Of a stretch of 64,000 bases of DNA, positions 19,314 through 29,478 are shown piece by piece; positions within the stretch are counted from its first letter, which is position 1, and each line of letters starts with the position of its first letter. The position numbers and the translations under genes are program-made. Under the pieces are notes generated by a model, which saw only the letters and a list, made by a program, of their open reading frames with translations, searched no databases and was not told where the DNA came from. Origin of the DNA: Terriglobales bacterium (lineage in GTDB: Bacteria > Acidobacteriota > Terriglobia > Terriglobales > Acidobacteriaceae). The stretch covers positions 22,729 through 86,728 of the forward strand of contig DATFSK010000015.1 in the NCBI GenBank assembly GCA_035262645.1, read 5' to 3'.

Positions 19314-19355
19314 AAATTACTAATTACTAATTGCTAATTGCTAATTGCTAATTGC
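19314..19355. repeat. 7-nt-period tandem array (TAATTRC)x6
   Basis: aaattac taattac taattgc x4, beginning 5 nt beyond the atpD stop codon. Confidence 0.85.
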
Positions 19356-19360
19356 TTTTT

Positions 19361-20839
<1,479 letters not shown>

Positions 20840-20917
20840 CTAAATCTCGAATCTGAACCCTCAACCAGTACTGCGCGAAGCGTTTGCTTTGGCCGACAGC
20901 CGATAGCGGCTGCTGCC

Positions 20918-21952
20918 TTACAGCGCCGCAGCGCCACTCACGATCTCGATAATTTCCTTCGTGATCGCGGCCTGGCGTGCGCGGTTCATCGTCAGCGTCA
21001 GCGAGTCGATCACCTCGCTGGCATTGTTGCTGGCCGAATCCATCGCCGTCATGCGCGCCGCGTTCTCCGCCGCCACCGACTCCAGCATTGACTGGAAAAT
21101 TTGCAGCACCACGTAGCGCGGCAAAATGCCGGCAAAAATCTCTCCCGGCGGCTGCTCGTAGATGTAGTCGACGTTCGCTGGAAATTCCTTCGCCTGCCGT
21201 TCCAGTTCCGTTTCGCCCGGTTCCCTCAGACTTATGCCGGCGCCGAGCGCCGCCTCGCCCATGCGCTCTCGCTCTTCCACCGGAAATTCTTCCGTCAGGG
21301 CCACCTCGCGCCGTCCGATCTCCTGCACCGGCAAGATACGTTGCGCGATCAGGCGCTGCGAGATCACCGACTTGAACTCGTTGTAAATCACATAAATCGA
21401 GTCAATCTCGGCATCCTTATAAGCCTGAATAATGCGCTCGACGATCTCGGATACCGCCTCGTACTCCAATTTCCCCAGCACGTTCAAGTGTTCGCCGATG
21501 ATCTCAATCCTGCCCGCGCGGTCCTTGCTTCCGGCAGGCCGCACCGGATACCGGCGCCGCATGTAATCGCGTCCCTTACGGCCCACCGCCGCGATGCTGA
21601 CGTTCTTATCTTTAAAGAATGCGATGAACTTCGCGGCCGCCTTCAACACGTTTGCATTGAACGCCCCAGCCAGCCCGCGATCGCCAGTCACCAGTACCAG
21701 CAGAATGTTCTGCTCGGGCCTCTTGGCCAGCAGCGGATGTTTGGGCTCGCCCGTCTTCTCATCCATCAGATCGCCGCGCTCGATCAGCGAGCGTAGAACG
21801 TTGGTGATCATCAGCGCATACGGCCGCGATGCCAGTGCGCGCTCCTGGGCCCGGCGCAGCTTCGCTGCTGCCACCATCTTCATGGCTTTGGTGATCTGCC
21901 GCGTGTTCTTCACGCTGCGGATACGCCGCCGGATGTCTCGTATGTTCGCCAT
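20918..21952 (-). CDS. atpG: F1 ATP synthase subunit gamma (long form, 344 aa)
   Basis: N-terminus MANIRDIRRRIRSVKNTRQITKAMKMVAAAKLRRAQ and C-terminus ARQAAITKEIIEIVSGAAAL are canonical. Extra internal segment before DYIYEQPP. Confidence 0.95.
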   Translation of the reverse strand: MANIRDIRRRIRSVKNTRQITKAMKMVAAAKLRRAQERALASRPYALMITNVLRSLIERGDLMDEKTGEPKHPLLAKRPEQNILLVLVTGDRGLAGAFNANVLKAAAKFIAFFKDKNVSIAAVGRKGRDYMRRRYPVRPAGSKDRAGRIEIIGEHLNVLGKLEYEAVSEIVERIIQAYKDAEIDSIYVIYNEFKSVISQRLIAQRILPVQEIGRREVALTEEFPVEERERMGEAALGAGISLREPGETELERQAKEFPANVDYIYEQPPGEIFAGILPRYVVLQIFQSMLESVAAENAARMTAMDSASNNASEVIDSLTLTMNRARQAAITKEIIEIVSGAAAL

Positions 21953-21986
21953 GTTCGTCTACAATCCGAAATCCAACATCAACCTG

Positions 21987-22044
21987 TGTCATCCTGAGCG
22001 GAGGTGCGCTTCTTTCGCGCACCGGAGTCGAAGGACCCTATTCC
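21987..22044 (+). repeat. TTGTCATCC-type repeat, long variant with embedded GGTGCGC/GCGCACC hairpin
   Basis: tgtcatcctgagcggaggtgcgcttctttcgcgcaccggagtcgaaggaccctattcc, in the atpA-atpG spacer. Confidence 0.8.
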
Positions 22045-22053
22045 GCCAGACTC

Positions 22054-23595
22054 CTACGCCGTCGCCTTTGCTACTTCCCGATGCTCGCTCGCGAAGCGCT
22101 CCTTATATTCCTTGATGGTCTTCGTCAGCCCCGCGCGCAAATCATCATCGAGAACTTTCTTCTCCTCGATACTCCGGAGTAGCCCGGCGTTCGTGCTCTC
22201 CACGTACGAGTACAGCCCCTTTTCGAACTCGCGCAACTGCTCCACCGGCATATCGTCAAGCAATCCCTGCGTGCCGGCATAAATAATCAGAATCTGCCTG
22301 GAGAAGGGAAGCGGCGCGTACTGCCCCTGCTTCAGGATCTCCGTCAGTCGCTGACCGCGCGCCAGCTGCGCCTGCGTCGCTTTGTCCAGATCGCTGCCGA
22401 ACTGCGAGAACGCCGCCAGCTCGCGGAACTGCGCCAGGTCCAGTCGCAACGTGCCCGCCACCTGCCGCATAGCCTTGATCTGCGCGTTGCCGCCCACGCG
22501 GCTCACCGACAGACCCACGTTCACTGCCGGACGCACCCCCGAGTTGAACAGGTCAGTCTCCAGATAAATCTGCCCATCGGTAATCGAAATCACGTTCGTC
22601 GGAATGTACGCCGAAACGTCGCCCGCTTGCGTTTCGATGATCGGCAGCGCCGTCAGCGAGCCGCCGCCAAGATCGTTGCTCAGCTTTGCCGCGCGCTCCA
22701 GCAACCGCGAGTGGAGATAGAACACATCGCCCGGATACGCCTCGCGTCCCGGCGGACGCCGCAGCAGCAGCGAGATCTCGCGATACGCCACGGCGTGCTT
22801 GGAAAGATCGTCGTAGATGCAAAGCGCGTGCCGCTTGTTGTCGCGGAAGTACTCGCCCATCGCGCACGCCGCGTAGGGTGCGATGTACTGCATCGGCGCC
22901 GGATCGGACGCTGACGCCGAGACGACGATGGTGTACTCCATCGCGCCGTAATCTTCCAGCGTCTTCACAACCTGGGCCACCGACGAGCGCTTCTGCCCGA
23001 TCGCGCAATAAATGCAGATCAGGTCGCGGCCCTTGCTGTTGATGATGGTGTCGAGCGCGACTGCGGTCTTGCCCGTCTGCCGGTCGCCGATGATCAGCTC
23101 GCGCTGTCCACGGCCAATCGGAATCATCGAGTCGATGGCCTTCAGACCTGTCGCCATCGGCTCCTTCACCGGCTGGCGATCGATGACGCCCGGTGCCAGA
23201 CGCTCCAACGCGATGTAGTCACTGGTATTGATCGGACCTTTATCGTCAATCGGCTGGCCAAGCGAATCGACCACGCGCCCGATCAGCGCATCGCCCACCG
23301 GCACGCTCATGATGCGGCCCGTGCGCTTCACCTCGTCGCCTTCTTCGACTTCGGTGTAGTCACCCATCAGCACCACGCCCACCTGGTCTTCTTCCAGGTT
23401 CATGGCGATGCCCGCGACATCGTGCGGGAAGGAAATTAGCTCGCCGGCCATGACCTTGTCGAGGCCATACACGCGCGCGATACCATCGCCGATGGACATG
23501 ACCGTGCCGACCTCGTCGACCGCGATCTTCGATTCGTAGTTATCGATCTGCTCGCGAATGAGCTTTGTGATCTCGTCTGCTTTGATCTGCGCCAT
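22054..23595 (-). CDS. atpA: F1 ATP synthase subunit alpha
   Basis: 513 aa with Walker A GDRQTGKT. Canonical alpha sequence. Confidence 0.98.
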   Translation of the reverse strand: MAQIKADEITKLIREQIDNYESKIAVDEVGTVMSIGDGIARVYGLDKVMAGELISFPHDVAGIAMNLEEDQVGVVLMGDYTEVEEGDEVKRTGRIMSVPVGDALIGRVVDSLGQPIDDKGPINTSDYIALERLAPGVIDRQPVKEPMATGLKAIDSMIPIGRGQRELIIGDRQTGKTAVALDTIINSKGRDLICIYCAIGQKRSSVAQVVKTLEDYGAMEYTIVVSASASDPAPMQYIAPYAACAMGEYFRDNKRHALCIYDDLSKHAVAYREISLLLRRPPGREAYPGDVFYLHSRLLERAAKLSNDLGGGSLTALPIIETQAGDVSAYIPTNVISITDGQIYLETDLFNSGVRPAVNVGLSVSRVGGNAQIKAMRQVAGTLRLDLAQFRELAAFSQFGSDLDKATQAQLARGQRLTEILKQGQYAPLPFSRQILIIYAGTQGLLDDMPVEQLREFEKGLYSYVESTNAGLLRSIEEKKVLDDDLRAGLTKTIKEYKERFASEHREVAKATA

Positions 23596-23617
23596 AAGAT
23601 TCCGTTCACCCTAATCT

Positions 23618-23674
23618 TGTCATCCTGAGCGGAGGTGCGCTTCTTGCGCACCGGAGTCGAAGGACCCCTATTCC
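23618..23674 (+). repeat. TTGTCATCC-type repeat, long variant (near-identical to 21987..22044)
   Basis: tgtcatcctgagcggaggtgcgcttcttgcgcaccggagtcgaaggacccctattcc. Confidence 0.8.
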
Positions 23675-23687
23675 GTTCAACTTTCCT

Positions 23688-23705
23688 CTCATCCCGAGCG
23701 GAGTG
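23688..23705 (+). repeat. TTGTCATCC-type repeat, partial left half
   Basis: ctcatcccgagcggagtg. The left half only is recognisable. Confidence 0.4.
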
Positions 23706-23761
23706 CCCGCCGCTTTGAAAGGGGACGCCTTCAGCTGTGCCGTCGCGCCCCTATTTAGTTG

Positions 23762-23783
23762 GTCATCTCGTCGAGGGACCTGC
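23762..23783 (+). repeat. TTGTCATCC-type repeat, compact variant
   Basis: gtcatctcgtcgagggacctgc. Confidence 0.5.
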
Positions 23784-23825
23784 TTTTGCTCTGCGCGTTC
23801 ACCGTCAGTGCTAGCATCCCTAAAA

Positions 23826-23862
23826 TTGTCATCCCGAGCGAAGCGAGGGATCTGCGGTTCGG
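23826..23862 (+). repeat. TTGTCATCC-type repeat, short canonical variant
   Basis: ttgtcatcccgagcgaagcgagggatctgcggttcgg, with inner stem ATCCC/GGGAT. Confidence 0.8.
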
Positions 23863-23876
23863 CCGCGAGGCAATGC

Positions 23877-24416
23877 CTACGCCAGACTCAACTCCTGCCG
23901 CATCTTCTCCAGCTGCCCGCGCACTGAGCCGTCATAAATCGTGCTGCCCGCCCGCACCACAACTCCACCCAGCAAATCCGGGTTCGACACATACTTCGTG
24001 CGAACTTTCTTCCCGGTCATGCGCTCAACCCGCTGCTCCAACTCGCGCTTCTCTTCTGCCGACAGCGGCCGCGCGCTGGAAACTTCCACTTCCGTGAACC
24101 CCAGCTGCGCATCCAGCTCGCTCTCGAACGCTCGCACGATGTCGTCCAGAATCCCAATCCGCCGGTGATCGATCAGCACGGCCATGAAGTTCCGGATCGG
24201 TTTCACCGCTCCAATCTGCTTCACGATGGCGTCCAGCACTGCGCGCTTCTGCTCGGGAGGAATTGCCGGCGACTCCCACACCTTCCGCAGCTCAATGCTC
24301 TCGTGCACCGCATCCACAATCGAGCGCAGCTGCTGGCGTGCGCTCTCGCCGTCGATATGCTGCTCGAGGATCACCTCGACCAATGCTCGCGCGTAACGGC
24401 TGGCAACGGCGGCCAT
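23877..24416 (-). CDS. atpH: F1 ATP synthase subunit delta (OSCP)
   Basis: 179 aa. ASRYARALVEV... N-terminus and the ...GGVVVRAGSTIYDGSVRGQLEKM C-terminus are typical of delta. Confidence 0.9.
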   Translation of the reverse strand: MAAVASRYARALVEVILEQHIDGESARQQLRSIVDAVHESIELRKVWESPAIPPEQKRAVLDAIVKQIGAVKPIRNFMAVLIDHRRIGILDDIVRAFESELDAQLGFTEVEVSSARPLSAEEKRELEQRVERMTGKKVRTKYVSNPDLLGGVVVRAGSTIYDGSVRGQLEKMRQELSLA

Positions 24417-25148
24417 CTATTTGCCATCCTTTCCGAGCTGCTCGACAAACTCGCGCACCAGCGCCTGGTCGGTCCGGTCATCGACGCGAATCTCGCTCGC
24501 CGCCAGGTCAACCGCCAGCGAGGCGGCATAACCCTTCAACTCGCGACGCGCATTGCGCGCGATGGCATCGATCTCGGCTTCCGCCGCCGCCACGATCTTT
24601 TGCTTGTCTTCTTCCGCAGCCTGCCGGATGCGCTGTTCTTCCGCGGCCGCTTCGCGCTCGGCCGATGCGCGAATCTCGCCAACCTCGGCATCGAGCTTAC
24701 TCAAGCGCGACTCAATTTCGCTCAGCCGGCGCGATGCATCGGCGCTGGCAGCCTCCGCGTCCTTGATGCCCTTCTGAATGGCAGCGGTACGGTCGCGAAA
24801 GGCCTGCGGCAATTTCGCTTTCAGCAGTATGTAGAAAAACCCGGCGACGCCGAGGAAATTCAGAAGAATAGAAATCAGGAAGGAAGCATCAGGACCGATG
24901 CCAAGCTTGTGGCCCCACTTCTCAGCGGTGTGCGCCGCCTGCTCCGTCGTCTGCCCCAGGATCCCGCCGATGCCGGTGTTTCCGTCGCCGCCGCTGTGCT
25001 CTTCAGCAGTGGCTTGGTGGGCAGCAGCGTTGCGCTGCTCGGCCTGCTGTTTGGTCGATTCGTCAGAATTCTGAGCCGCAAGGCTACCCACCAGCATGCA
25101 AGCTGCAAAGAGGATTGCCGCCCAGCGGCCGAGGATTCGCCGCTTCAT
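24417..25148 (-). CDS. atpF: Fo ATP synthase subunit b (long form with N-terminal extension)
   Basis: 243 aa. TM helix (FLISILLNFLGVAGFFYILL) plus a long charged coiled coil. The start overlaps the b-prime stop by 4 nt. Confidence 0.85.
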   Translation of the reverse strand: MKRRILGRWAAILFAACMLVGSLAAQNSDESTKQQAEQRNAAAHQATAEEHSGGDGNTGIGGILGQTTEQAAHTAEKWGHKLGIGPDASFLISILLNFLGVAGFFYILLKAKLPQAFRDRTAAIQKGIKDAEAASADASRRLSEIESRLSKLDAEVGEIRASAEREAAAEEQRIRQAAEEDKQKIVAAAEAEIDAIARNARRELKGYAASLAVDLAASEIRVDDRTDQALVREFVEQLGKDGK

Positions 25149-25618
25149 GCCGGACCGCCTACTGCGGGCGCCGCCCCGGCGGGCTTCAGAATGGTGCGGA
25201 TGATCTCCGATGCGAGGCGTTGCGCTTCGCCCTGCAAGCCCGCGCGTGCCGCTGCCGTGTCCTGCTCAATGCTCTGTTTGGCTTGCCGGATCTGCTCCTG
25301 CGCGCGCTGCCGCGCTTCGGTCTGCGCCTGCGCGCGCATCTGCTGCGCCTGCTGGCGTCGTGCCTCCTGCGCCTTGAACACCGCCAGCTTCGCCTCGCGC
25401 AGCTTCAGCTCATACTCCTGGGTACGCGCCTCAGCCGAGGCTACATCCGTACGCGCTTTCGCCACTGCGCCTTCCGTGCGCTCGCGACGCTCCGTCAACA
25501 CCCGCTGCAGCGGCTTTCGCAGAATGTTTTGGTAGATGGCATAGATCAACAGCAGCATTACCGCTGTAGGAATGGCGTCGAGCAGTAATTGGCCCGCTTG
25601 TTGAAGAGTGGTATCCAT
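25145..25618 (-). CDS. Fo ATP synthase subunit b-prime
   Basis: 157 aa. N-terminal TM (IPTAVMLLLIYAIYQNIL) followed by an Ala/Gln/Arg/Glu coiled coil typical of b/b-prime. Confidence 0.85.
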   Translation of the reverse strand: MDTTLQQAGQLLLDAIPTAVMLLLIYAIYQNILRKPLQRVLTERRERTEGAVAKARTDVASAEARTQEYELKLREAKLAVFKAQEARRQQAQQMRAQAQTEARQRAQEQIRQAKQSIEQDTAAARAGLQGEAQRLASEIIRTILKPAGAAPAVGGPA

Positions 25619-25795
25619 TCTTTGTCGTTGAGTGCCTACTGCTGAAGATGCACTGAGGGCGCTAGGGAAATAACTGGAACTATTGAAACTAACAGAGGTT
25701 AATGGCCAATGTCAACGAACGCCGGCATCGCTTGTGCCCTTAATTTGACGCTTTGGCAGCCTTGTTGCATAGTCTGTTGCGGAGAGGAGCCTTCT

Positions 25796-26158
25796 GTGAA
25801 CGCGAAAGAGAAACTGACCTCTATTGGCCAGCCAGTTCCGGAGCTGCCGGTCGCTGATGTTGAACGCGCGCAACAGCATTATCGTGATGCCCTAGGCTTT
25901 GAGATAGGGTGGCTTTACCCGGGCAAAGGGATCGGAGCCGTCTCCCGCGGTCACGTCGCGATTTTTTTTCGCAGGAGGGAGCCGCCCTTCGAACCGGCCA
26001 TTCACTGGATATTCGCCGAAGACATCGATGCCTCGTATAAGGAGCTGCGATCCTCAGGCGCGAACATCGTGGAACCTCTGGAAAAAAAGCCTTGGGGACT
26101 GCGTCAGTTCACCGTGCAGGACCTGGACGGCAACCTCTTCTACTTCCATCATGACTGA
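25796..26158 (+). CDS. glyoxalase/bleomycin-resistance (VOC) family protein
   Basis: GTG start with GGAGAGGAG SD upstream. ...VADVERAQQHYRDALGFEIGW...PWGLRQFTVQDLDGNLFYFHH is a VOC-fold pattern. Confidence 0.75.
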   Translation: MNAKEKLTSIGQPVPELPVADVERAQQHYRDALGFEIGWLYPGKGIGAVSRGHVAIFFRRREPPFEPAIHWIFAEDIDASYKELRSSGANIVEPLEKKPWGLRQFTVQDLDGNLFYFHHD

Positions 26159-26223
26159 CCAAATCGAGCTGATCGTCTTTCCTTATATTGTCGTCAGGAA
26201 GCTTCACGAGAGAAAGGAAAGCG

Positions 26224-27354
26224 CTACCTCTCCTGCAATACCTGGCACGAATACGTCTTCACCACCAGCCACACGCTCCCGCCCTCACGCAATTGCAACG
26301 CCTCCCGCGCCGCCGGCGTAATGTGCACTTCCAACTCCACTCCGCAATCCACCCTCGCAATCACCATCACATCGCGCTGCTCCAGTAACCCAATCGTCCC
26401 CTGAAAAACATTGCGCGCGCTCAGCCCCTGCGGCACGGCCGATGCCAGCAAAATGTCTCCCGCCCTGATCCCGACCGTCAACCGTCGCGATACATCCACG
26501 CGCGACAGCGGAACCTCAAGATCCAGCGTCGTACCCGCAACCCGGCACGTCATCGTCCCCTGCTCGGGATGGTCAGCGGAGAAGATGCACTCGAAGATGT
26601 TCTCGAATCCCGCCAGCTGCGCGACGGTTTCCGATTGCGGCCGCCGCAGCACTTCATGCGGCGATCCCCGCGCCACAATCCGTCCCGCATCCATCGCAAT
26701 CACGTTCTCGCCCAGCGCAAAGACCTCCTCGCGCTGATGCGTGACATAAAGTATTGGAATCTGCTGCTCGCGATTCCATACGCGAAGGTCGTCCACGATC
26801 TGCGACTTCGTCACCGCATCCAGCGCCGTCAGCGGCTCGTCCAGCAGCAGCAGTTGCGGCCGCGTCACCAGTGTGCGCGCAAGTGCCACGCGTTGACGCT
26901 CGCCCCCGGAGAGCTCCCCCGGCCGCCGCTCCGCCAGCGCCGCAATCCGAAATGCCTCCAGCACCTGACCAACACGCGCCTGCCGCTCCGCGCCGCCAAG
27001 CCCGTTCAGCCCGTACTCCACGTTGCTCCGAACATCCATGTGAGGAAATAGCGCCAGCGATTGCATCAGATATCCCAGAGCTCGCCGGTTCGGCGGCAGA
27101 TTCAGCGCCGTTGCCGAATCAAACAGCGTGCTCGCGCCGATCGCGATCCGTCCTGCTCCCGGCCGTTGCAGCCCGGCGATGCAATCGAGCACCGTCGTCT
27201 TGCCTGCGCCCGATGCGCCGAAAAGTATGGTGAACCCCGCTGCCGCCGTAAACTCCACATCCAGTGTGAACGACAATCGCTCGCCGCCGGCGAAACTCTT
27301 GCGCAGCCGTACGCTGAGTTCTGGCCCTGCGACAGGAGGGCCGCTCATTTCCAT
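26224..27354 (-). CDS. modC: molybdate ABC transporter ATP-binding protein
   Basis: Walker A GASGAGKTT, signature LSGGERQRVALAR, and a C-terminal TOBE/Mop-like domain. Follows modB. Confidence 0.9.
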   Translation of the reverse strand: MEMSGPPVAGPELSVRLRKSFAGGERLSFTLDVEFTAAAGFTILFGASGAGKTTVLDCIAGLQRPGAGRIAIGASTLFDSATALNLPPNRRALGYLMQSLALFPHMDVRSNVEYGLNGLGGAERQARVGQVLEAFRIAALAERRPGELSGGERQRVALARTLVTRPQLLLLDEPLTALDAVTKSQIVDDLRVWNREQQIPILYVTHQREEVFALGENVIAMDAGRIVARGSPHEVLRRPQSETVAQLAGFENIFECIFSADHPEQGTMTCRVAGTTLDLEVPLSRVDVSRRLTVGIRAGDILLASAVPQGLSARNVFQGTIGLLEQRDVMVIARVDCGVELEVHITPAAREALQLREGGSVWLVVKTYSCQVLQER

Positions 27355-28022
27355 CCCCACATGCTCAAGGCCGCTCGGCCGCGTAATCCGTACAGCGCTG
27401 CCAGCAGCACGAAGCAAAGTACGAGCAGCAATAACGCAGCATGATTTGCCGCCGCATAATCCAGCGCTTCCACTTGATCAAAGATGAGAATGGAGATGGT
27501 GCGTGTCGCACCCGGAATGTTGCCGCCGATCATCAGCACCACGCCGAACTCGCCCAGCGTATGCGCGAAGCTCAGCACGAATCCCGTGATCACGCCCGGC
27601 GCACCCAGGGGCAGCACGATGCGCCAGAACGTTCTCCACCGCGACGCCCCCAGCAACGCCGATGCCTCCATCAACTTGCGGTCGATCGCCGCGAACGATG
27701 TCGCCATCGGCTGCACCGCGAATGGCAGGCTATATAGCACCGATCCCACAACCAGGCCCGCGAAGGTGAAGGCCAGCGGCTGGCCGGTGAGCGCCTGATA
27801 CCAGCGCCCCACTGGGCTCTGCGTCCCGATCGCCACCAGAACATAGAAGCCGAGCACCGTCGGGGGCAATACGATCGGCAGGGAGACGATGGCTTCGAGG
27901 AAGAACTTCCATCGCCGCCGCGAATACGCCAGCCAGTACGCCAGCGGCACTCCGATGATCAGCAGAATCACCGACACGGTGAGCGACAGCCGAAGACTCA
28001 GACCCAGTGCTTCGCCGATCAT
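27345..28022 (-). CDS. modB: molybdate ABC transporter permease
   Basis: 225 aa, 5 TM, with the ModB-like motif HTLGEFGVVLMIGGNIPGATRT. Confidence 0.9.
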   Translation of the reverse strand: MIGEALGLSLRLSLTVSVILLIIGVPLAYWLAYSRRRWKFFLEAIVSLPIVLPPTVLGFYVLVAIGTQSPVGRWYQALTGQPLAFTFAGLVVGSVLYSLPFAVQPMATSFAAIDRKLMEASALLGASRWRTFWRIVLPLGAPGVITGFVLSFAHTLGEFGVVLMIGGNIPGATRTISILIFDQVEALDYAAANHAALLLLVLCFVLLAALYGLRGRAALSMWGWK

Positions 28023-28807
28023 GGACGTGACGGAACGCGGAAGCCATATTGCTCCAGCACCGCCCCTCCCTCGGGCGAAGTCACGTAATCAAGGAATGCC
28101 TGCGCCGCCTGCTTCTGCTTCGACGATGACACAATCCCCGCGTCCTGCCGGATCTCCGGATACGCATCCTGGGGCAACTCCCAGTACTTGCCTTTGTCCT
28201 TCATTGTGGGAGACATCGCCAGCGAAAGCGCGATCAGCCCCGCCTGTGCATTTTCAGACTCCACAAACTGCGCAGCCTGGCCGATGTCCTCGCCCAGCAC
28301 CAGTTTGTCCTTGACCAGGCCTTGAATGATGTAGTGATCCAGCGCAGCCATCGCAGCTCGTCCATAGGGTGCATGCTCAGGATTCGCGATCGCAATCCTC
28401 TTCACCGACGAATCGAGCAGCAGATCCATCTTCATCTTCTGGGGATCGAGCTTCGAGCCGGCCGGCACCCACAGAACCAGCCGCCCAAGCGCATACGTGC
28501 GCAGGGAAGCGCTGTCCATCTTTCCCGCCACGGCAAGCTTCTTGGGATATTCGGCGTCGGCGGAGAAGAAAAGATCGAACGGCGCCCCATTCTCGATCTC
28601 CGAATAGAAGTTGCCTGATGCCCCAAACGACGACGCTACCTTATTACCTGTCTTCTGCCCGAAGCGCGACGCCAGATCGTTCATGGCAAAGTTAAGGTCG
28701 GTTGCCGCCCCCACACGAATCTTCTGTGCAGCCAGAGGAGTCAGCAGGCAGAGCGACGCCATGAAGATCAGCAGCTTGTTCACGTGAGGCAGGCCGACTC
28801 CTTCCAT
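28019..28807 (-). CDS. modA: molybdate ABC transporter periplasmic binding protein
   Basis: Signal peptide, then AATDLNFAMNDL...SFGASGNFYSEIENGAPFDLFFSAD, typical of ModA. The start is either ATG 28807 or GTG 28783. Confidence 0.85.
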   Translation of the reverse strand: MEGVGLPHVNKLLIFMASLCLLTPLAAQKIRVGAATDLNFAMNDLASRFGQKTGNKVASSFGASGNFYSEIENGAPFDLFFSADAEYPKKLAVAGKMDSASLRTYALGRLVLWVPAGSKLDPQKMKMDLLLDSSVKRIAIANPEHAPYGRAAMAALDHYIIQGLVKDKLVLGEDIGQAAQFVESENAQAGLIALSLAMSPTMKDKGKYWELPQDAYPEIRQDAGIVSSSKQKQAAQAFLDYVTSPEGGAVLEQYGFRVPSRP

Positions 28808-29079
28808 CCCATTGGATAGCTTACACGGATCGCTAAAGCACAACGATTTTAGCCGATTCCTGGGGAGATGCAGAGCAGGCGGTAACCCGCAGCGGATTAC
28901 TAGCAGAACGTTACAACCCATCCGCTCTCTGGCACGAAAAGGCTGCAGTCCACGGTCGCTTTGTGCTTTCCTGCTTGACCGCCTTCACGTTTTCTGTAAA
29001 AGTATGCCCACGAAGCTCATGTGGGGGAGCCGTTGTGGAGTCCAGCTGTCCTACAGTGGAGTTCGACCGCTCCAAATTA

Positions 29080-29478
29080 ATGATACGCATTGAGGTAACT
29101 CTCAACGCCGATCCCACCGCTATCAGTCCTGTGGTGGAAGGCATCATGGAGATGGCGCGCGGATTGGAATGCGCGTCAGGCAAGGAATTTGAGATCGAGA
29201 CCGCGCTCCGCGAGGCTCTCGCCAATGCCATCGTCCATGGCTGCAAGAACGATCCCAGCAAGAAAGTCCAATGCTGCGTAGGTTGCGACGACGAGCGCGG
29301 CATGCTCATCGTTGTTCGCGATCCCGGCGCCGGCTTCGACCCCTTCGAGATTCCCGACCCATGCCGTGGCGAAAATGTCTTCTCCAACCACGGCCGCGGC
29401 ATCTACCTGATCAACCAGCTGATGGACGAGGTGAAGTTCGAGAAGAACGGCACCGAAATTCACATGCGGAAGTACTAA
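29080..29478 (+). CDS. anti-sigma regulatory factor (RsbW/SpoIIAB-like Ser/Thr kinase, HATPase_c_2)
   Basis: Internal Met MIRIEVTLNAD. Motifs EALANAIVHG, VRDPGAGFDP and GRGIYLINQLMDEV. Confidence 0.8.
   Translation: MIRIEVTLNADPTAISPVVEGIMEMARGLECASGKEFEIETALREALANAIVHGCKNDPSKKVQCCVGCDDERGMLIVVRDPGAGFDPFEIPDPCRGENVFSNHGRGIYLINQLMDEVKFEKNGTEIHMRKY

Noticed and set aside
19314-19355. Heptamer arrays as a CRISPR or mini-CRISPR
   Set aside because: The units are contiguous 7-mers with no spacers, no cas genes are present, and the arrays are at most 63 nt.
23703-24097. Track ORFs of 74 and 112 aa in the atpH-atpA spacer
   Set aside because: They are read-throughs of the TTGTCATCC-type repeats (peptide IVIPSEARDLRFG) running into antisense atpH. 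Similar peptides arise wherever the repeat occurs, so this is repeat translation and not a gene.
28808-28962. Possible Moco riboswitch or ModE operator in the modA leader
   Set aside because: A GCGGAT...ATCCGC stem is present. I could not match the conserved Moco-motif nucleotides or a TATAT-N7-TAYAT operator from memory, so an Infernal scan is needed before any claim.
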